A DNA stretch of 59,029 bases, filler included, from Trypethelium eluteriae (taxonomy: Eukaryota), in NCBI GenBank assembly GCA_051942245.1. It is 2 parts of 2 records of this genome, joined end to end, with 100 filler letters (N's around TTAATTAATTAA, not from the genome) between each part and the next. Parts side by side here need not be neighbours in the genome. Positions count along the whole stretch, not along the records: positions 1 to 29,568 come from JAVECL010000292.1; 1 more part is not named here. The stretch is one strand, 5' to 3'. Shown here piece by piece: positions 1 through 8,998 of this stretch (the first letter of the stretch is position 1; each line of letters begins with the position of its first letter). The position numbers were made by a program, and so were the translations under genes. The notes under the pieces were generated by a model, which saw nothing but the letters and a program-made list of their open reading frames with translations, had not been told where the DNA came from and made no database searches.

Positions 1-152
1 ATTCCCTTAAGTCCGGAAATTCCCGAATATCATATTTCCTCCTCAACTTGTACATTACGTCAAGTCTTCTCTGTATTTGCAGAGAAGACTTGACGTAATG
101 TACAAGTTGAGGAGGAAATATGATATTCGGGAATTTCCGGACTTAAGGGAAT
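1..152. repeat. Perfect inverted repeat (73-bp arms 1-73 and 80-152, 6-nt spacer TATTTG); may extend beyond the window's left edge
   Basis: 80-152 (CAGAGAAGACTTGACG...ACTTAAGGGAAT) is the exact reverse complement of 1-73, checked base by base. Confidence 0.95.
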
Positions 153-225
153 TGTGTATTCTAAGAAGAGAAGTTGACCTTTTATGTTCACAAAAGTCAC
201 TCATAGATCTGCGCGGGGAACTTTT

Positions 226-485
226 GTACAGCATTGAAGCTATCATGTCTTAGGGATTATACCCTCACTTACTGTATACCCTTATTTGCCATTATAAATT
301 TAATAGTAAATACTGGTAACTTCTAAGAATTGACGGAATATTGCCGCATGGGGCATCATTGTATAGCATTGAAGCTACCATGTCTTGGGGATCATGCCCT
401 TACTGACTGTAAACCTTTATTTACTATTATAAATTTAATAGTAAACATTAATAACTTCTAAGAGTTGACGGAATATTGCCGCGTG
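226..485. repeat. Degenerate tandem direct repeat, two ~125-bp copies (226-350, 361-485; period 135), AT-rich, RIP-like
   Basis: Both copies read GTAYAGCATTGAAGCTAYCATGTCTT...TTGACGGAATATTGCCGC. Nearly all mismatches are C/T or G/A transitions. Confidence 0.9.
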
Positions 486-773
486 TATAGTGTGGAGCTT
501 GACCGGTACCTCCTCTCGACGAGCTTGGTTTGGATATCGGAAGTGAACTTTGGATATAAATTCACATTAACATTTCCTAGCAACTCAATTCAAATGAGAT
601 TTTCTGTCTATGCAAGCAAATCATCGGAGCTTCAACCTTATGGTGCCTACATGTAGCTGCCAAGCTGTAACTGGGAGGTACCTTAATCTTTGTGCATGGC
701 ATGTGACTCGCTGCTTTCGTTTGCTCGACTGGATTTGCCTCACGGTTATTCTGCAGGCGCAACCACTAGTTAG

Positions 774-3149
774 CTAGGTATCTTTAGCCCGATGTAATTC
801 GGTCTGCGGAGGCATGAGATCACTCGATTGCACTCCTACGACTTCTTCCCTGCTCTGGTGAGCAGTGCTGCCTAGCATGCTCGTCATATATTGCGGAGCT
901 CCGCCAGACAATCCTAAATGTCTGATGGTGTGGGCCAGTTCATGTTCATATTCTCCACCCTCATCGTCACTTTGGGGTTGACGCTGCCGCACAGAATTTG
1001 CTAGTCTGTCAAGCGTGTCCCTTAGCGAATCCCAGTCATTTATTTTTGCAAGGCCTATTTCACCTCTGGCGAAGCGGAAACACTTGAGGACAATGAAAAT
1101 AATAAGGCCAGTGCCGGGTCCAAGGTAAATGTTCAGAGCTTTGAGAACAAGATGCTGATCACTGACTAACCCAGCCCCTGCAAAGCCTAAAACGATGGCC
1201 ACGCTAGCGAGGAGAGAAAGCCACGCAAGACCAGGCTGCCAGTGTCCAAGATGACTGCAAGTCTCCTTTGCAGCCCCCATTCGTTCCCACCGTCGATATC
1301 TGCTATATCTGCTTCCTGTCAGCTCCTTAGAATGATCTCGGAGCGCATAATAGTATCGAAGGAAGGCTAGTGATTGAGAAGCCCATACAAGCACGCAAGT
1401 GGTTGATCCTGCGCTGAAGAGGACTTGCTGGACACTCTTCGCTGTGAAGCTGGAGCCAAGAGACAACAGTGGTACCCAGCTCAAAATCCACGACGCAAAA
1501 ACTGCCCTTCGTGGGATTTTATCTGCGCCCACGTGGCTGAGAGATGCAAGCCACTTGATTACAATACTGTCTGCATCATCCTGCAAACCTTGGGCCAGCC
1601 CGTGGCATATTCGTGATGCCACGAAAAGAGCCGAATTCGCTGTACTGAGCGCTGAATAGAGCAGGAAGCCATTGATGGCATCGGCGAAGTGCCTTTTCTG
1701 AGTCTGCTCGAGTGCAATGACCGGAAGGGCCTTTGTCATTTGATGAGTAAGTGTAGGACTTGTCGGTGACTGTCGCCGTTGAACTTCGTTCCCCACAAGA
1801 CTGACTGGCTCAGAGTTATCTCCACCCCATTGGTCGTAGTATCGTGGCAAATATGGATTGGTCCATTGGACATTCAGCACAAAGCCAATGATGTTGAACA
1901 TATACAATAGAAGAGTAATCCAGGCAATATTCTTCGCAGCAAACTTAACTTGCCGTGGATCTCTGGCCTCTAGTGCCGTTACTGTCACAGCCTCCACTCC
2001 GATGTAAGGATACACTGCCAGGCTGATCGCGATTCTGTTAATTCATTAGTCAATCTGCGTTGAATTTCGATGGGGTATTGACTTACAAAGCTGCGACTCC
2101 GCCGCTCGGTGCTGCCTCGTCTCGGTGTTGTATACCGTCCTTAATATCTTTCACTGATAAGCAAAGGCCTCTATGAAGTCTCTAGTTGCCTGGACGTCTT
2201 CTTACAAGAGGTTCCTATATCATGTCCGAGGCCGGCTGCAGATCAATGTCAGCTCAGCATGGGCTCATAACGCGCAGGAATGCGTACCACCACTATTAAT
2301 GACATACATTGCGATCCCTAGTACAAGGACGATCGCGATTTTTAAGATACCGCCTACGATCTCGATGTTTCCGAAAACCTCCCCGCGGTTAGGAGACTCT
2401 GTTTAAGTCTTCGGATCCGGCCCAACTTACCTTTGCCCTGTAATTATTTGCTGCAAGCACTAGCAGCGGGAAGAGGAGAAACACAAGGACCTTCGATGAG
2501 TCGTTCAGAGACCAGTATGCTACCACATCTCCGGCTGCGGCGATTACTGCTGCATAACTAACCGCATAGGTATACCTGTGTCCAAGCAAAGTCTTGTTAG
2601 CATCTTCTCCGTTCCTTGTTGCCCTTGTGTTGGATTATATTACCAATACGTAAGGCCGACCACCCACGCCAAGTCGCGATCAACAAACTCTTTTACGAAC
2701 TCTACCATCGGGCTTGCAACAGGGAATTGCATGACCATTTCGCTCAGGCCTTCCATAACTGCGCAGGTCACCAGACCGACGACTCCAAATGCCAGAATAG
2801 TCGAACCCGGACCAGCGAGAGCAAGAATCTCTCCTGAACTGACAAAGAACCCAACGCCGATCACAGTGCTAGTAACGATCATCTGTCGTACGTAATTGTA
2901 TAAGCTTTCCTTTCGCTGGGCGTGGCTGCCCCAGCGGAGAACTTACAAAGATGTGCCACCCGTTGAGCTCTGGACTAGAACGGCAGCATCGTCAGCCCCT
3001 CAATGATGGTATACGAAATCGCTCAAAAAGCGGATGCGAATGTCTGGGATAGTGGCATGTACGTACGTCAATGAGCGCAGATCTGGGTCCGCAACTCGGC
3101 GAGGTTTAAACCTCTGGAGCCAATTTTGGAGGCGCGACTTCAAAGACAT
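774..3149 (-). CDS. Amino acid permease-like protein (APC superfamily, fungal YAT-like), multi-exon
   Basis: Spliced N-terminus MSLKSRLQNW...(exon 3149-3067) TPELNGWHIF (28-nt exon 2974-2947) MIVTSTVIGVGFFVSSGEILALAGPG...EMVMQFPVASPMVEFVKEFVD matches TM1-TM2 of yeast-type permeases. Later exons give YPYIGVEAVTVTALEARDPR and SALSTANSALFVASR. GT..CTRAY..AG introns are present; the middle exon boundaries were not all resolved. Confidence 0.85.
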
Positions 3150-3542
3150 AAGATGCAAGTCTTTAGACGTTGAGAGGTGCTAAGAAAACGCACAGAATCC
3201 GGTCGACCTGCTGAGAAGCGAGTTGCGCTGATCAGTGAGGCTCGACACTCCTCTCTACCTTATGTAGCTGACAGCAGCGATGCGGCTTAGACTGTGCGTC
3301 TCAGTGTCTGCATTGGGCCAATATAAGCGAGTGCAGCCTTACGTTAGCTGGCATCGTATCAAGTTGCTGCTGTGCCCTACGGATTATTCGAGGATTCTGC
3401 TTATCACGATATTACTCGGAAGGACATCCTGTAGGACCGATTTCATTATATATCAGGCTAGCAATTGCTCTTCCTTGGAAACTTTACAGCACACTAAACA
3501 TTCGTCTTCATAAGTTCTTAAGCGGTACAACGGCATAGCGAC

Positions 3543-3856
3543 ATGCCCACATTTACGATCGACGAGAAAGATTCCTCGTATATTAAAGAGGCGATCCTGA
3601 AGGCGTTCCTGCGCCGCAAATTTGGGACAGGCATTGACTTCAAGGTTCAAATGATACCTACCCATTTAAATAATCATCCCACCAACATAATGACAAGGTC
3701 AAGGATATCGGCGATGAAACTTCAGTATATTGGTCCTACGTGGCTGAGCGTGCATTAACTTCTGTTCGTTGCTTCAAAAGCACAGATGGGCTGCCTTATG
3801 CTAATCGACTTCATCGTTAGGACGAAATCGTGACTGTCCGAGAAGAATCGAAGTGA
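3543..3856 (+). CDS. Putative 67-aa microprotein, 3 exons (3543-3644, 3698-3763, 3821-3856)
   Basis: Splicing gives MPTFTIDEKDSSYIKEAILKAFLRRKFGTGIDFK-VKDIGDETSVYWSYVAERALTS-DEIVTVREESK*. Intron 2 is canonical (GTTCGT...GCTAAT...TAG, 57 nt). Intron 1 is weaker (GTTCAA...AAG, 53 nt). Both are phase 0. Confidence 0.65.
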
Positions 3857-4223
3857 CATCATGACCGAATCTCGGGAATTGAAGGCTTGCAGGACTGAGT
3901 TGCTTTTGTTTCGCTAGCCAATTACCTTCGGTGGTTGCATGCGTGGCTGGAAGAGTCGATAGTGGTAGGGTCAACACCTCCGCTTAGGGCAGAGATACAA
4001 ATTACAAAGTACCTTCTCAAGTTCCAGGCTGCCAGGTGAACATAAACGTTGGCCTACAGCCTTGTTTAGGCAGAACTCCCACTTATAACGCCCGGCAGCA
4101 AGCTATTCGATCAAGCCCGCAGCTTACTGCGTATCTCCAACACTTTATATAGGTAGAATGGCGTCCTCATGCTGTAAAGATAACCTTAGACTCCATCGAA
4201 CAGCATGAGCCTGCTCTTGTGCC

Positions 4224-5969
4224 ATGTCGCTCTATGAAAAAGCAAGGCTTGAGCCTGCGGCTTGCGCGGGGTGGTATACATCTCCACCGATTTTGGCAGA
4301 AGATCAGCTACTCGGCGTTGATGTGGATTTCGTACAGGACTGCTTCGCTGAATTTGCCACCAACCTCTGCGACAGGAGCGTTGACATTAATATTTTTAGC
4401 TCTAGAGGTCCGCTCAATTCGCGTAAAAGGGTGATGATTAGATTCTGCTAATCAGACCTTTCAGGTGTTGCCGGGCACGCATGGCATCACTTTGATGACG
4501 AGGATACTGTCAACGCCTTCTTAGATGGAGCTAATGGAAACGTTGGGACAACACTTCTGTAGGCAGTAAGGGTAGAATTTGGCAGCGCGCATTCAGCTCA
4601 AAAACCCCGCAGTTCCATCTCCCAGGGAGACTCTTTGAGTCGCTTCCACATCACCGCAAGTCTGCTGCAAAAGGTTATTGCCCGCTATAACGTCTCACCT
4701 TTGCTCTTTGATGCGCTATCGGGTGTGCATAGCCAGACAAAGGTATCCGAGGAAGGCTACGGCAGCTGCCAACACCACAGTTCAGACGTTCGCGGAAGGA
4801 TATTCGGTAATCTCAGAATGCGAAAGACATCCACACTGCTGACCATTTGAAGAGGTTGTGTATCAGTTGAAATACGCGGAGCCCAATTTTCGTGGGCAAG
4901 GCTGTCCCTATTCTTTCCGTACCACACAAATGTACCATCAACTTTGTGGTGCTGACGAAGGCCTGCGGAGCTTCCTCTTGATATTCCATCCGAAAGAAAA
5001 TTCTAAATATGAACAGGAGCTTGTACGCGCTGCTTCTGAAAGACAACAATGGGAGACCATAGAGCAAAAACCAATGCGGCTTCACCTCCTTCTATTGTCA
5101 AGGTACGTCGACCAGTGGCGCTCGCTCTTATCCTATCTAGGAGGGTTATACCAGAAACAGGTCAGTCTTCAAGAGAAACCATTCACACGGACTAGTTTAA
5201 CTCACCTGAAAACAGAGAATGGACGTGCAAGTCGTAAACTTTGACGATACAGAGTTCTACCAAAAACTCAATTTCAAAACAATGAAAAGCCTCCGTAACC
5301 TCGAAGAAAGGATGCAGATGCTGCCAGCTATGATAGAAACCTCGATAAATGTGATAAGTTTGCTCAAAGAAGTGAACAATACATTACTTAAAGAAAAGCT
5401 TTGCGACCAGAACGAATATATCCTGACCACGAACGCTCTGAGATCTATCGAAAAGCGCTTGCATGGGTATCGTAAAGCTGCAAAGACGTTACTTGAACGA
5501 ACACGAGGCGTGAGCAAACTCGTGAGCCCCTAACCTCCATTCGTATTGCATTGGGTATCCAACGTCTGAATAGGTTTCCGACGCTTTAAGTCTGAAGAGC
5601 CACAAAACAGCCACCGCAATCAGCCAAAACGTCCTCAGCCTTACACTGGAAAGCGTTGACGACAGCGCCGTAGTGAGGGTAGTGACACTTGCGACGCTAA
5701 TGTATCTGCCGGGAAGCTTCGTAGCGGTAAGCGTGCTAGCGGCAATCAATGTATTGACCCTGTCTTGACACGCCTTTACATAGTCCCTTTTCGGCATGAA
5801 TATTCTCGATTTCGACGAACGGACGGCATCCATGCGGATCGCGAACGATTTCTGGATTTATCTGGCCGTGACGACGCCCCTGACAGCTTTGACTGGATTG
5901 GCCTGGTGGTGGGCATCCAAAAGACACAAACACAAGCGTGCCAAGAAAGTTCAACTTTCAGACGTCTAA
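4224..5969 (+). CDS. CorA-like (2-TM, GMN-motif) protein, 7 exons, ~474 aa
   Basis: Exons 4224-4407, 4465-4558, 4613-4806, 4853-5160, 5216-5521, 5574-5726 and 5784-5969 join in frame (1425 nt). The C-terminus has a long helical stalk, then TM1 VVTLATLMYLPGSFVASLFGMN (GMN at 5793-5801), TM2 FWIYLAVTTPLTALTGLAWWW and a basic tail. Confidence 0.85.
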
Positions 5970-5997
5970 CAATGGAGTTTTTTGAAGTCTCGTGTCA

Positions 5998-8900
5998 TCA
6001 AGTCTGGCTCGAAGCAATCGTGGCTTGCCGGATCTCCAATTTCTTGTGGTCTTTCTTACACCGCACTACGTGCGCAACAATGTCTAGGTCCTTCTTCACA
6101 ATTATGAGATCGCTAGCATTCCAATCGAAATCTGCCAGGAGTCCCTGGGTATTTTTGTACTCATGAAACCTGTAAGATAGGGGTTTTGAGGTGCCAAGTG
6201 ACGGCGAGATTATCTCAAGGACGAGTAATTGTAAGGATGGAGCTCCCTGCCGGTGGCGAAGCAGGGCAACACATTCTCCAGAAGGGCTCATTGACGCATG
6301 GACTATATTACCGTATTGGTTGTCCAAGGGCAGGCTGCGCAGCGTGCCTCGTAGCGGGGAAGCTCCATCGTTTGTTGTTAACATTGTTGTAAAGCCGTGT
6401 GCATCCATCGCAAGGAAGAGGGGCTGCACAGAACCATAGTTCGCCTGAGCCGGGAAAGGAATTAGTAAGTTCTTGGCTTGACCTTGTTGCCGTGGTGCAT
6501 GCTAGTGAAACCGATAAGCAAAATGGCAAATTCCGGCGGAGCAGATACTTACGAAATTACCACTCAACTCCTTGGACATCTTTGTGTCCTGCCTGTCTAT
6601 TACAGACCAGCGATCCGTTCCGTTGGACTTGGACCATACAAAGATCTGGTTTCCATCTGCGCTAAAAGACGCTGCGATACGAGTCCCGGCCACGGTTATC
6701 AAAGTCTCGCTCTGGCTTTGGTCGAAGATTTTTAGTCAACAATAGCGAGGTAGCCATCGATGCTGCGGACGCTTACCTTTTTGCATCAATCAAGAGCATG
6801 TTGTCATCTTTAAGATGTATCAAACAATCACCCAAGGTTGATACAGAGACGTCCTCTCCGTGCTTGAAGACATCGTGGACGAACCCATGTGCGGCATCTA
6901 ACACTCGAACCTCACTGAGCGTTAGATAATTCGTTCTATGATACCTTGGAGACTTACCTGCTGTGATTCGCCCGCCTCGTAGAGAATAGCAGCATATTTG
7001 CCGCCGACTGCAAAAGCTCTGATAAGAGACACATTGCCCAGTTCGATCGGAGTTATTACCGACGTTCCGGGATCCAGGAAACATACGTGACTTTCCTTCT
7101 GAAGCACGACCTTGTCGGCACCAGGCGTCCATCGGGCCCTTTTTGCAGGGTGTTTGAGCTTCGGAATAGGCGGTTGGGTGTCCACATGAAGAGAATCAAC
7201 ATTCCATGATAGATTTTGAGTATGAGGGGAACTCCGGGCAGGTAGGCTTCGAGCATTCGATGGCGCTTGCGCAGCTGATTGATGATGATTCGCTTCATGG
7301 GAAGCATCGCTCGCCAATGTCCATGGCAACGGTTTCCCGCAATCTATTCTTCTCTCCAATTGGTCCATTAACTTATCTGTTCGCCATTCTAAATCCTTGG
7401 CCTTCGGGCGTTCAGACGGGTCTATCTTGAGGATATCCTCAACCAGCTCTGCCCATCCTAGGATCCAAGATACTTTCTTCTTCCAGGCCGTCAGAAAGCT
7501 AGCGATTTCCGGTATTAACTTGCTTTCTCCGTTGTCTTTGTAGTAGAAAGTCCTAGTTTTGTACCTTTCCCGTCGTATCACCTGAAACTTTTTGGCTTGC
7601 GTGGGCCCCTCGATAGTAAAGCCAAGAATTTCGAAAAGCAGGCAACCGTACGACCAAACATCAACGCTGCGACCGACTGGAATATTCTCCTCTACTTCTG
7701 GAGGTTGATATTCTGCACGTTCCTGACGCACTCGCGTTCGAAGGGTCCGCGTGCTCTCTATATCTTGGGGAAATTCCTCGTGATACCCTGTTGATGAAAT
7801 CCCAAAATCAGCGTATTTGAGTCTCCAGTAGCGTTCACCGTCACGCCACCAGACCAGGATATTCGATGGTTTGATGTCAAAGTGACATATCCGAGGAACC
7901 TTGTGTTCCTTATCGTCCAACGCACTATGTAGCCACGAAAGCCCTTTTGCCAGGCCACGTAGCTCTTTCATCACTACAAAGGGGGTCGGTGCAGCCGGTG
8001 CAGTCTTCTGCTGACTTAAGAGATTCACCTTTCCAAAGAGAATCTCGCCAAGATTTGCATCAGCAGCCTTGAATACGAGGTATCGGTGCGCTTCTTCGTC
8101 ATCTTTTCCAATCTGAATGCTTGAAATAAATGACGCAACGTGGGGTTGTGGCCATGCTTTTAAGCGCTTGTGAACGGTCTGTAAATTGTCTTCTTCAATC
8201 ATGAAATCCGCCCTTCTATCTGGCTTGAAGTGTTTGAAAGCGAGGCGAATGGTCTGGAATTCATCAGTATTGATATAAGTATCTGAATCAAGCGGAAGCC
8301 CTCACCTGTGCTTGCTGCGACGCTGACTTGATTCCGCGAACGCACTCTGCAGATACATCCCCAAATGTCACTCTTCCTGTTCCTTCGATGTCTTTGATCC
8401 GTTCGCAAGGCAGACGAGCATCCTTTGGACAGATAAGCCTGCCCAGACTCGGTTCAATGGTGATGGGACACACGAGGGATTGAGTGCGGAAGAAGTGTTC
8501 ACCATATCCAGGCAGGAAACTGTCGCTCTCCAGATCCTTTTGGCTGAAAGGTAATTCCTCGTCGATGCGCGGTCTGTTCGAATGGAGACTGTTCGCGTTC
8601 AAGATCACACGCTCGAAATCCTTGGCCCAACTCGGAAAGCCCACCAACACAAAGGTGGACAATATTTTGAGACATGAGTCTGCCACATGCTTCTTCCGTA
8701 TTTCGTTCAGATCAAGTAGCTGTGATAAGCGATCAAGGAAGGTGTTGTCATTGCTGGACTCGGTCCACACACCTCTGATACCAGAAAGAGTAAGAAATTG
8801 CTTGTCGTGATCATCTTCTGGACCTTTCGTCGTCTCTCGAAGGCGTTTCTTCACCTCATCGTGAAGCTTCTGAATCCTGGCGTCAGCTTGAGCGGAAGAA

Positions 8901-8998
8901 AGAGGGGCATCCAGATTTGCCAGGGTTCGCGTTGGTAAAGGTTCTGATTCGCTATTGACTGCAGGTCCTCCCTTAATAATCGCCAAGAACTTCTTCAT
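5998..8998 (-). CDS. Ser/Thr protein kinase-like protein (~900 aa): helical N-domain, kinase domain, beta-rich (propeller-like) C-terminus
   Basis: Exon 8998-8306 ends in Gly-loop-like GTGRVTFGDVS. After intron 8305-8254 come LAFKHF (VAIK Lys), FMIEE (alphaC Glu), ICHFDIKPSNILV, ADFGIS, YQPPE, DVWSYGCLLFE and PSERP. Further exons (~6910-6777, ~6720-6550, ~6500-5998) are rich in repeats such as AASFSADGNQIFVW and HASMSPSGECVALL. The C-terminal splice sites are approximate. Confidence 0.85.
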
